64,000 bases of DNA. Source: an uncultured Ignavibacteriales bacterium (GTDB lineage Bacteria; Bacteroidota; Ignavibacteria; UBA10030; SZUA-254). Below the pieces are notes generated by a model, which saw only the letters and a list, made by a program, of their open reading frames with translations, did not search any database and had not been told where the DNA came from. Location: NCBI GenBank assembly GCA_963714795.1, contig CAVQPS010000009.1, forward strand, positions 806,709 through 870,708, in the 5' to 3' direction. Of the stretch, positions 1 to 8,957 are shown piece after piece. Position 1 is the first letter of the stretch. Each line of letters starts with the position of its first letter. A program made the position numbers and the translations under genes.

Positions 1-1077
1 TCAGAGCAGGTTATTGCAACGGGTCCTGTCGCCTCACAATTGGCGATCAAACATCTGGGCACGAACGGCGGAGGTTTTTTCAATGCCAATGCAGCACATC
101 CGTACGAGAATCCGACTCCTTTGACCGATTTTCTGCTGACGCTTGCTGAAACAGTTATCGCCCTGGCGCTCTGTTACACATTTGGAAAGATGGTCGGTGA
201 TAAACGACAAGGGTGGGCATTAATCGCAACAATGATGATTATTCTAACTGTAGCAATCTTTGTTACATATCAAGCTGAGTCTGCGGGTAATCCCAAGCTC
301 ACTGCTCTCGGTGTGGATCAGCACACAACGTCGATCAACCCGGGTGGCAACATGGAAGGGAAGGAAATGCGCTTCGGCATTGCCAAGTCTGCTTTTTTTG
401 CGACGGTAACAACGGCAACGTCGTGCGGAGCCGTGAACTCGATGCACGACTCATTCACTCCGCTCGGAGGCATGGTTCTGTTGATCATGATGCACCTCGG
501 AGAAGTTGCCCTCGGTGGAGTAGGGTCAGGACTCTATGGTATGCTTGTGTTCGTCATCGTGGCGGTATTTGTCGCAGGATTACTCGTCGGTCGTACACCG
601 GAGTACATGGGACATAAAATTGAAACGTATGAAATGAAGATGGCATCATTATTAATTCTCATCATGCCGTTGGCAGTTCTGGCGTTTACGGCGGTTGCAG
701 TCGTAACCGATGTTGGAAAAGCGGCGATTGCGAATCCGGGCCCCCATGGCTTCAGTGAAATTTTATACATTTTTACGTCCCAGGCAAACAATAATGGAAG
801 TGCCTTTGGTGGTGTCAGTGTCAATACTCCGTTTTACAATATTACCGGTGGTTTGGCAATGTTGATCGGACGATTCTGGCTTGCTGTTCCCACGCTGGCG
901 CTTGCCGGTTCACTCGTACAGAAAAAATTAGTTCCGCCAAGCGAGGGAACGCTTCCGACCCATGTGCCACTGTTTATTTTCTGGCTGATCGCAGTCATCC
1001 TTATCGTTGGTGCGCTGAATTTTATACCGGCTCTTGCACTAGGGCCTATTGTCGAACATTTTATGATGGTGCAATAA
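1..1077 (+). CDS. kdpA: Potassium-transporting ATPase subunit A (KdpA). Partial: the 5' end lies upstream of the window.
   Basis: The frame is open from base 1 ([27 protein letters not shown]...). The translation is a polytopic membrane protein with KdpA-typical segments. Its stop at 1077 is followed at 1079 by the kdpB ATG. Confidence 0.9.
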   Translation, partial: SEQVIATGPVASQLAIKHLGTNGGGFFNANAAHPYENPTPLTDFLLTLAETVIALALCYTFGKMVGDKRQGWALIATMMIILTVAIFVTYQAESAGNPKLTALGVDQHTTSINPGGNMEGKEMRFGIAKSAFFATVTTATSCGAVNSMHDSFTPLGGMVLLIMMHLGEVALGGVGSGLYGMLVFVIVAVFVAGLLVGRTPEYMGHKIETYEMKMASLLILIMPLAVLAFTAVAVVTDVGKAAIANPGPHGFSEILYIFTSQANNNGSAFGGVSVNTPFYNITGGLAMLIGRFWLAVPTLALAGSLVQKKLVPPSEGTLPTHVPLFIFWLIAVILIVGALNFIPALALGPIVEHFMMVQ

Positions 1078-1078
1078 T

Positions 1079-3211
1079 ATGCTTATCGAATCGAAAGATC
1101 GAAGTACCGTTGTAGCACAATCTTCACAACAATCAAAAAAACCTGTAGGGTTAACGCGTGAAATGTATCGCCGTGCGTTGACCGACTCGCTGGCAAAATT
1201 GGATCCACGGTCGATGGTTCGCAACCCCGTCATGTTTGTTGTTGAAGTCGGAAGCGTCCTCACGACAGCATTATGGATTCAGTCGTTATTTGGTCACGGT
1301 GAAGCACCGGCGTGGTACATCGGCGGCGTTTCTCTCTGGCTCTGGTTTACCGTTATCTTTGCGAATTTTTCCGAGGCACTTGCAGAAGGACGGGGAAAAG
1401 CACAGGCGGAGGCGTTGCGCCGTGCAAGACAGGATACTAAAGCAAAACAACTACACAATCCCCAACACAATTCTAAGTTTGACATTGTGTCATCAACGGC
1501 ATTGAAGAAAGGTGATGTATTTCTGGCAGAATCAGGAGATATCATTGCAGCCGACGGTGAAGTCATTGAAGGCATTGCTTCTGTGGACGAAAGCGCAATC
1601 ACAGGCGAAAGCGCTCCGGTCATCAGGGAATCCGGAGGGGACCGAAGCGCCGTAACCGGTGGTACACGAGTGCTTTCCGATTGGCTGGTTATCAGAGTGA
1701 CCGTTGAACCGGGCGGCGGCTTTCTTGACAGAATGATTCATCTCATTGAAGGCGCCAAACGACAGAAAACGCCGAATGAAATCGCGCTGAACATTCTTCT
1801 GGCTGCGTTCACGATTATTTTTCTTGTTGTCTGTGTAACGCTTCTTCCTTTTTCGCTCTTCAGCGTTGCTGCTGCCGGTCAAGGGGTGCCGATTACCGTA
1901 ACGGTGCTGGTTGCCCTTCTGGTCTGTTTGATTCCCACCACGATCGGCGGACTTCTTTCCGCTATCGGTATTGCCGGAATGGACCGCATGATCCGTCATA
2001 ATGTGATTGCCACTTCAGGCCGTGCCATCGAAGCTGCCGGCGATGTGGATGTTCTCCTGCTCGATAAAACCGGTACGATCACGCTCGGTAATCGGATGGC
2101 AACCGAATTAACTCCGGCTCCCGGAATTACGAAGGAACGTCTCGCCGATGCCGCACAGCTTGCTTCGCTTGCCGATGAGACACCGGAAGGCAGATCGATT
2201 GTCGTTCTTGCCAAGGAGAAATACGGTTTGCGCGGCCGAGAAATTAATGAAATCTCTGCGCAGTTTGTTCCGTTTAGCGCACAAACACGCATGAGCGGTG
2301 CCGATATTCAGCCCGAAGGAAAAAACGGCAAGAGAATTATTCGCAAAGGGGCAGCCGATGCAATCAAAACATATATCGAACAGCAAGGCGGTGTGTTTCC
2401 TCCGACAGTTCAGCAAACTGTTCAGGAAATCAGTAGGGTCGGTGCAACTCCGCTGGTCGTTGTGGAAAACAAAGAAGTACTCGGCGTCATCCATTTGAAA
2501 GACATCGTCAAGGGCGGAATTAAAGAACGTTTCGCGCATTTACGGAAAATGGGAATCCGGACAGTGATGATTACCGGCGACAATCCATTGACCGCAACAG
2601 CAATTGCCGCAGAAGCCGGAGTCGATGATTTTCTTGCGGAAGCAAAACCGGAAGACAAGCTGAAATTGATTCGTGATTATCAAAAAGGCGGACGTCTTGT
2701 CGCGATGACGGGCGACGGCACGAACGATGCGCCCGCTCTGGCGCAAGCCGATGTTGCTGTTGCCATGAATACCGGTACGCAATCCGCCCGCGAAGCGGCG
2801 AACATGATCGATCTTGACAGCAACCCGACGAAGCTTATGGAGATTGTCGAAATCGGTAAGCAATTATTAATGACCCGCGGTACACTGACGACATTCAGTA
2901 TTGCGAATGATGTTGCGAAATATTTTGCCATTATTCCGGCCGCGTTCGCGACCACCTATCCGGCGTTGAACGCGTTGAATATTATGAAGCTTGCTACGCC
3001 TGAAAGTGCCATTCTTTCCGCTGTCATTTTTAATGCACTCATTATCGTTGCGTTGATTCCGCTTGCACTGAAAGGCGTGAAGTATCGTCCGGTGAGTGCC
3101 GTCCAATTGTTGCGAAGACATTTATTCATTTATGGATTCGGCGGGATTATTGCACCATTTGTCGGAATCAAGTTGGTGGATTTGGTGCTGGTTGCGCTCG
3201 GATGGACGTAA
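1079..3211 (+). CDS. kdpB: Potassium-transporting P-type ATPase subunit B (KdpB)
   Basis: 710 aa carrying P-type ATPase signatures: DKTGTIT (phosphorylation site), [20 protein letters not shown]. It is translationally coupled to kdpA. Confidence 0.95.
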   Translation: MLIESKDRSTVVAQSSQQSKKPVGLTREMYRRALTDSLAKLDPRSMVRNPVMFVVEVGSVLTTALWIQSLFGHGEAPAWYIGGVSLWLWFTVIFANFSEALAEGRGKAQAEALRRARQDTKAKQLHNPQHNSKFDIVSSTALKKGDVFLAESGDIIAADGEVIEGIASVDESAITGESAPVIRESGGDRSAVTGGTRVLSDWLVIRVTVEPGGGFLDRMIHLIEGAKRQKTPNEIALNILLAAFTIIFLVVCVTLLPFSLFSVAAAGQGVPITVTVLVALLVCLIPTTIGGLLSAIGIAGMDRMIRHNVIATSGRAIEAAGDVDVLLLDKTGTITLGNRMATELTPAPGITKERLADAAQLASLADETPEGRSIVVLAKEKYGLRGREINEISAQFVPFSAQTRMSGADIQPEGKNGKRIIRKGAADAIKTYIEQQGGVFPPTVQQTVQEISRVGATPLVVVENKEVLGVIHLKDIVKGGIKERFAHLRKMGIRTVMITGDNPLTATAIAAEAGVDDFLAEAKPEDKLKLIRDYQKGGRLVAMTGDGTNDAPALAQADVAVAMNTGTQSAREAANMIDLDSNPTKLMEIVEIGKQLLMTRGTLTTFSIANDVAKYFAIIPAAFATTYPALNALNIMKLATPESAILSAVIFNALIIVALIPLALKGVKYRPVSAVQLLRRHLFIYGFGGIIAPFVGIKLVDLVLVALGWT

Positions 3212-3233
3212 CAACGATCAACAAGGAATAGAT

Positions 3234-3671
3234 ATGAATTATCGTCATACCCAACTCGGTTGGATTACCATACCGGCGATCCTGATTGCTATCATCGTCT
3301 TCCTGATCGTAAGTGGTGGTGCGGGAATCTCTCAAGTTAATCAGGGTCTCGGACTGCTTCTTCTTGTGGTCATGCTGGGGTTATTCTATTCTTTCACTAT
3401 TGAAATCAGCAATGGCATTCTACAGTGTCGTTTTGGACCCGGAATTATTCGAAGACGTATTTCGATATCCGAAATCGAAGAGGCAAAGAGTGTCCGCAAT
3501 CCGTGGTACTCCGGATGGGGAATACGATGGAGACCGGGGCAGTATGTCTTGTGGAATGTTTCGGGACGTCGGGCGGTTGAGCTGGTACTCAAGAACGGAA
3601 ATCGATTTCGTATTGGAACTAACGAACCGGAGGCGCTTGTGCAGGCCATCCAATCAAACAAAGTTCTTTAA
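3234..3671 (+). CDS. Small membrane protein with two N-terminal TM helices and a PH-like soluble domain. It is not KdpC.
   Basis: ATG at 3234 is preceded by AAGGAA. The translation MNYRHTQLGWITIPAILIAIIVFLIV... has two hydrophobic helices followed by a roughly 80-aa domain. There is no similarity to the KdpC consensus. The ORF-track start at 3096 lies inside kdpB and is not used. Confidence 0.5.
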   Translation: MNYRHTQLGWITIPAILIAIIVFLIVSGGAGISQVNQGLGLLLLVVMLGLFYSFTIEISNGILQCRFGPGIIRRRISISEIEEAKSVRNPWYSGWGIRWRPGQYVLWNVSGRRAVELVLKNGNRFRIGTNEPEALVQAIQSNKVL

Positions 3672-3694
3672 ACTATAAATAATAGGAAGGTAAA

Positions 3695-5026
3695 ATGAAA
3701 CAACTGCTTCTTTTTTTCATTATCTCGACAGTAACAACCTGTTTTGGTCAAACGGATTCCGTTACTGCTGCAGCGCCGTTTGCGTTCGGCGACTTTACAT
3801 GGCTCAACGGTAACACCAGGCAGAACACTTCCGTCCTGGATACAAAATATTTTACCGGCGAGTTTCGTGCCGATGTCTCGTACATCGAAGATTTTAATCA
3901 GCCGATCGATCACACGCTCTCCGGAACGTCGGAAAGCGGCCGGACGAGCGAGATTCAGGTTCAGCAGCTCGGTATCGGAGGTGACTTTCATGTCGGTCAT
4001 GCATTGGGGCGGCTCATGACGCAATTCGGCATGTATTCCACCATGACCCCGCGGAACGATGCCAGTCCGGCGCGAGGTCAATGGGACCTTGCCAATGCAT
4101 ATCGTTATGTTTCTGAAGCATACGGCGGATATCATTGGGATGTGATGAACGGAATTAATTTCGAGGCGGGTATTTTTATGTCGTACGTCGGGTTGTTCGG
4201 TTATTATAATTTCGATAACTGGGCATATCAGCCGTCGTATGTTTCTTCCAACACGCCGTGGTTTTTCAACGGCCTTCGTGTTCAGATATTTACAAGCGAT
4301 AAACTCAAGATCGAGCCATGGATCATCAACGGCTGGCAGTCGTACGGAATGTTTAACCACACGCCGGGTGTCGGCTTCCAGATATTATGGCGCCCCAAGG
4401 AAACCGTTTCCGTTCTTTCCAACGGATACTACGGTCATGATTGGCTTGGACTGCCAGATCGCATGAGAATTCATAGCGACAACAGCATTGAGATTAAGTA
4501 TTTCGACGATCCGACGCAGGGTTTGGATAAAGCGGCGTTTTCTCTTACGGGAGATATCGGGTGGGAAAGCGGTGACGGTGTAAACGGCCTTACGAGCGCT
4601 CCGGGATCTCCTGCGCAATACTTTGCAGGTGGAATGTTGTACAACCGTTTATGGTTTAATCATGATCAGTTCGCTGTGACGATTGGCGGTGGGGGAATAA
4701 CCAATCCCGGCAGATATCTTGTGCTGATGCCGCCGATTAACGGCGCAACAGCGTTTTCAGGAACGCCGTATTTCACCGAAAACGCCGGTGATCAGTTTAA
4801 GGCATGGGATTGCACGGTAACGTTTGATTACATGCCCGATCAATGGACGACGTTCCGCATCGAATACAATCATCGCGAGTCGAATGTTCCCTACTTCGCA
4901 GGCGGCGGCGGCGTTACACCTCCGGGCGGCAATACCGGTACCCCCGGTTCATCCGTCGACGGTTGGGCGCCCGATCTTCGTACAACCGAAACCCGTCTTA
5001 ACCTTGCCGTGCTCGTGAAATTCTAA
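3695..5026 (+). CDS. Outer-membrane beta-barrel porin-like protein with a signal peptide
   Basis: N-terminal signal peptide (MKQLLLFFIISTVTTCFGQ). Aromatic- and Gly-rich alternating strands. The C-terminus ends ...LAVLVKF (terminal Phe). Preceded by AGGAAGG. Confidence 0.65.
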   Translation: MKQLLLFFIISTVTTCFGQTDSVTAAAPFAFGDFTWLNGNTRQNTSVLDTKYFTGEFRADVSYIEDFNQPIDHTLSGTSESGRTSEIQVQQLGIGGDFHVGHALGRLMTQFGMYSTMTPRNDASPARGQWDLANAYRYVSEAYGGYHWDVMNGINFEAGIFMSYVGLFGYYNFDNWAYQPSYVSSNTPWFFNGLRVQIFTSDKLKIEPWIINGWQSYGMFNHTPGVGFQILWRPKETVSVLSNGYYGHDWLGLPDRMRIHSDNSIEIKYFDDPTQGLDKAAFSLTGDIGWESGDGVNGLTSAPGSPAQYFAGGMLYNRLWFNHDQFAVTIGGGGITNPGRYLVLMPPINGATAFSGTPYFTENAGDQFKAWDCTVTFDYMPDQWTTFRIEYNHRESNVPYFAGGGGVTPPGGNTGTPGSSVDGWAPDLRTTETRLNLAVLVKF

Positions 5027-5056
5027 ATTATTCCGGATTTCATAATAAAAAATATC

Positions 5057-5458
5057 ATGCATGTATTTACAGCACGACAGTTTCCGAAGCGAACTTCAAC
5101 TGTTCTTCACCGACGCAATGAGAAAATTATTGCGTTACATCAGATAAAAATTCCGGTCATGTTTACAATCGGTCGATTTATTTTCGGTGGAAATAAACAG
5201 ATGTATCATATTTCATCTATCGAATTGAATCGTGATGGAGTCTATCTTACTTTTCCACAGGGAACAATATTGACGGAAGGGGAAATCTTTCGCATTGTCC
5301 GTCCGCTTGGATCGTATAAGTACGATTATTTTTCCTTTGGTTGTCCCCGAAATGTAGTTGCGAAAGTGAAAGTCTTGAAAATTGCCGGCAATGCCCGCGT
5401 CCTTGTTCAGGTTCTTCACGGAAGAGTCACAAATGGTGTAAGTGCTGAGCGGAGTTGA
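5057..5458 (+). CDS. Hypothetical protein. The start is uncertain; internal Met codons at about 5162 and 5201 are possible.
   Basis: Open frame lying between the porin and kdpD with no recognisable motif. Confidence 0.3.
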   Translation: MHVFTARQFPKRTSTVLHRRNEKIIALHQIKIPVMFTIGRFIFGGNKQMYHISSIELNRDGVYLTFPQGTILTEGEIFRIVRPLGSYKYDYFSFGCPRNVVAKVKVLKIAGNARVLVQVLHGRVTNGVSAERS

Positions 5459-5575
5459 TGATAAAACTGCAGATGGGATTTCTGCAAAAACGCTGTATTC
5501 ATGAATGACAATATGAGATTGGAATTCAGAAACTTCGTTACTCGATTTTCTATCCTGCCTTTTGTATATTGAGCC

Positions 5576-8261
5576 ATGTCCAAACAATACGATATCCGCC
5601 TGAATCCGGAAGTTCTTCTTCGTTCGCTCAAACGGGCTGAAGGAAAAGAGGGTAAGGGACACCTGAAAATTTTCTTCGGTATGTGCGCCGGCGTCGGTAA
5701 AACATACGAGATGCTGCAAGCGGCACAGGAGGCGAAGAAAAAAGCGATTGATGTCGTCATTGGATTTGTTGAAACGCACGGCCGGAAAGAAACCGAAGCG
5801 CTTCTCGGCGACCTGTTCATCGTCCCGCGAAAAAAAATCGAATATCACGGTGCCGTTCTCGAAGAAATGGACCTCGATGCCATTCTTGCCAGAAAACCGA
5901 CCCTGGTGCTGGTCGATGAGCTTGCACATTCCAATGCCCCCGGAAGCCGTCATACGAAACGATATCTCGATGTTCTGGAATTACTCGATAACGGCATCGA
6001 TGTGTATACGGCGCTGAATGTTCAGCACCTTGAGAGCCGTGCTGATACCGTTGCTCAGATTACCGGCAGTATCGTTCGGGAAACCGTTCCCGATTCCGTA
6101 TTTGAACGAGCGGATGAAGTGACCGTGATCGATTTGCCGGCTGATGAATTGCTGAAGCGGCTCGCAGAAGGAAAAGTGTATACGACGGAACGTTCACAGC
6201 GGGCGGTCGAACACTTTTTCCGTAAAGGCAATCTCACCGCGTTGCGTGAAATGTGTTTGCGTATTGCCGCGGAACGGGTCGAGCATCAGTTACGCGACAT
6301 TATGCAGGTCGAGCGAATTTCCGGCCCGTGGAAATCCGGACAGCGCCTGATTTTCGGCATCAGTCCGAGCCCGACGTCCGTTCGCCTCATTCGATGGACT
6401 CGCCGGATGGCATTTACCATGCAGGCAAGCTGGGTGGCGGTCTACGTTGAGAGGTCGGCGCCCTTGAGCGATCACGGAAAAAGATCAGCTTGCAAAAAAT
6501 ATCGCGCTTGCACGGGAATTGGGAGCGGAAATTGTTACAACCGCCGATGAAGATGTTGCCGCTGCATTGCTCCGCGTTGCACGCGAACAAAATGTTACTC
6601 AGGTTATCGTCGGTAAATCTGATAAAACTGTTCGATTTCAACGAAGCGTTCTCAATCAATTGATTGAGCAAAGCGGTGATCTCGACGTTTATATTGTCGG
6701 TGGCGATCAGGAAGAGTCTGCAGAAAAAGGAAAATTACATTTTCCCGTTATCCAATCGAATATTCTTCAATATCTTGCCGCGACCGCTCTTGTGTCGCTT
6801 GTTGCCGCTCTCTGTTATCCGTTCAACGATGTTATCGGCTATCAAACGGTTTCTCTGTTTCTGTTATTGACCATCGCTCTTCTTCCGTTGCGGTTGGGGG
6901 CCGGTCCGGTTATTCTTGCCGCCGGTATCAGCGCGTTGTTGTGGGATTATTTTTTTATACCGCCGAAATTCACCTTCGCCGTTTATTCCTTTCAGGATAT
7001 TTTGATGCTTGTGGTCTATTTCGCGATTGCGGCGGTGACCGGAGTGCTGACGGTTCGCGTGCGTGCCCGCGGAAAGGCAGTTCAGCTCCGGGAAGAACGC
7101 GCGTTGGCATTATATGCGTTGACGAATGAGTTGTCGATTGCCAACAGTCAGGATGCTGTTGTCGAGGCGGCGGTGAGAAATATCAAGAAATTTTTCAATG
7201 CGGAAGTGGCAATTTTTTTAAGTAGTCTCGAAGGAGATTTTCTCAACGTTCCGCATCCGCAAAGCACATTCTCACCGGGAGAAAAAGAACTCAGCGTTCC
7301 GGCGTGGGTTCATTGGAATGAAAAACGTGCCGGGAAATTTACCGACACGCTTCCGTTTGCAGAGGCAACATATTTTCCGCTTGCCGGACCGCGTTATCCG
7401 ATGGGCGTTGCCGGCGTAAAACTTGAAGGGGACAGGCGGTTGACGGTTGACCAGGAAATATTGTTCGGAAATTTTCTCAGTCAAATTTCATCCGCACTCG
7501 ATCGCGAATTTCTCAACGAGATGGCGAAACAATCGATCGCTCTTGCAGAATCGGAACGGCTGTATACGACGCTGTTCAACTCCATTTCACACGAGATGCG
7601 TACACCGATTACCGCTCTCATCAGCGCATCGGAGGGATTATTGAACGATGCTGTCGGCCAACAACCGCAGCTGAGGCGTGATCTTGCCGCCGAAGTCCAG
7701 GAAGCCGCAAACCGTCTCGACCATATCGTGCAAAATCTTCTCGCCATGGCGCGTTTTGAATCGGGGCTCATCAAACCGAAATTGGACTGGTGCGATATTC
7801 GCGATGTCATCAATTCATCCATCGGAAAAATGAAGAACGATCTCACACATCATCCTGTTCAGATCGATATTGCGGAACCCGTGCCGTTGATAAAATTGGA
7901 TTTCGGATTGATGGAACAGGTTTTGTTGAACTTGCTTCGTAATGCCTCCGAATACACGCCGTCCGGTTCCACGATTCGCATCGGCGTTCAGACGAATGAA
8001 CGGGAATGTATTTTAACGGTTGCCGATAACGGTCCCGGATTTCCCGTGGAATCGCTCGGCAAAGTATTCGATAAATTTTACCGGGTCCCGGGATCGAAAA
8101 CAGGCGGACTTGGGCTCGGGCTTTCCATCTCGTCAGGTTTTGTTCGAGCGCATCATGGAAACATTTCCGTCGAAAACCAAACCGGTGGCGGTGCATGTTT
8201 TACGATTCGACTTCCGATCAATGAACGCGCAACAATTTCCAGCGAGGTCACCGATGGATAA
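5576..8261 (+). CDS. kdpD: Sensor histidine kinase KdpD (KdpD_N + Usp + TM + GAF-like + HisKA/HATPase). It is interrupted by a +1 frameshift inside the Usp domain near 6474-6482.
   Basis: ORF 5576..6550 carries the KdpD N-terminal domain (GMCAGVGKTYEML walker-like, LVDELAHSN) and ends ...AVYVERSAPLSDHGKRS. The frame +1 ORF 6519..8261 continues with ...EKDQLAKNIALARELGAEIVTTADED, then TM helices, H-box SHEMRTPIT, N/G boxes and GLGLGLSI. Removing one base in GGAAAAAG joins them into a contiguous KdpD-like Usp domain. Confidence 0.85.
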
Positions 8262-8940
8262 CAAACCTGTCGTTCTTGTGATCGATGATGAAATACAAAT
8301 CCGGCGGTTACTCGAATTGACATTAGAATCGAGCGGGTACAAAGTTCTTCTCGCAGAAACCGGGGAAGAGGGACTCCGGCGGGCCGGGATGGACAGGCCC
8401 GAATTCATTATTCTCGATTTAGGGCTTCCCGATATCGACGGCGTTCAGGTATTGAAGAAATTGCGGGAATGGACGCATATTCCGGTTTTGATTCTTTCGG
8501 TTCGTGATGCCGAAAAGGAAATTATTGCTTGCCTTGATGCCGGAGCCGATGATTATCTGGTGAAACCGTTCCGCACGGGAGAATTACTTGCGCGTGTACG
8601 GGTAGCTCTGAGACATCAACCGACTGTTCAGGAATCGGCGACATTCGCGACCGGTCATCTGCATGTCGATTTGACTGCGCGTATTGTGACAAAGGGAGAT
8701 TCGATTGTCAAACTTACTGCCATCGAATATTCATTGCTGTCATTATTTATCCGGAATGCCGGAAAAGTGCTGACACACCGGTTCATCCTTGAGCAAGTGT
8801 GGGGACCGAACTATGCCGAGGAGACCCAATATTCGCGCGTCTATATCGGACAGCTTCGCAAAAAACTTGAAGACGATCCTGCCAATCCGAAAATTTTTCT
8901 TACCGAATCCGGTATCGGCTACAGATTAGCGGTCGACTAG
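8254..8940 (+). CDS. kdpE: Response regulator KdpE (REC + winged-helix OmpR family)
   Basis: MDNKPVVLVIDDEIQIRRLL...ILDLGLPDIDG...: a receiver domain followed by an OmpR-type C-terminus (YRLAVD). It overlaps the kdpD stop with ATGGATAA. Confidence 0.9.
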   Translation: MDNKPVVLVIDDEIQIRRLLELTLESSGYKVLLAETGEEGLRRAGMDRPEFIILDLGLPDIDGVQVLKKLREWTHIPVLILSVRDAEKEIIACLDAGADDYLVKPFRTGELLARVRVALRHQPTVQESATFATGHLHVDLTARIVTKGDSIVKLTAIEYSLLSLFIRNAGKVLTHRFILEQVWGPNYAEETQYSRVYIGQLRKKLEDDPANPKIFLTESGIGYRLAVD

Positions 8941-8957
8941 CTCCACGTCATGGAAAC

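Noticed and set aside
1294-2863. Several 90-155-aa ORFs on both strands inside kdpB
   Set aside because: They are embedded in a P-type ATPase gene whose frame is unambiguous, so they are chance ORFs.
3096-3233. 5' extension of the ORF-track model 3096-3671 into kdpB
   Set aside because: It would overlap kdpB by 116 nt. An ATG with an AAGGAA RBS at 3234 just after the kdpB stop gives a cleaner model.
6519-6550. Interpreting the kdpD split as a natural two-gene arrangement (separate KdpD_N/Usp sensor plus histidine kinase), as seen in some Bacteroidota
   Set aside because: The break falls in the middle of the Usp domain and both frames align contiguously to single-chain KdpD, which fits a single-base indel rather than a domain-boundary split.
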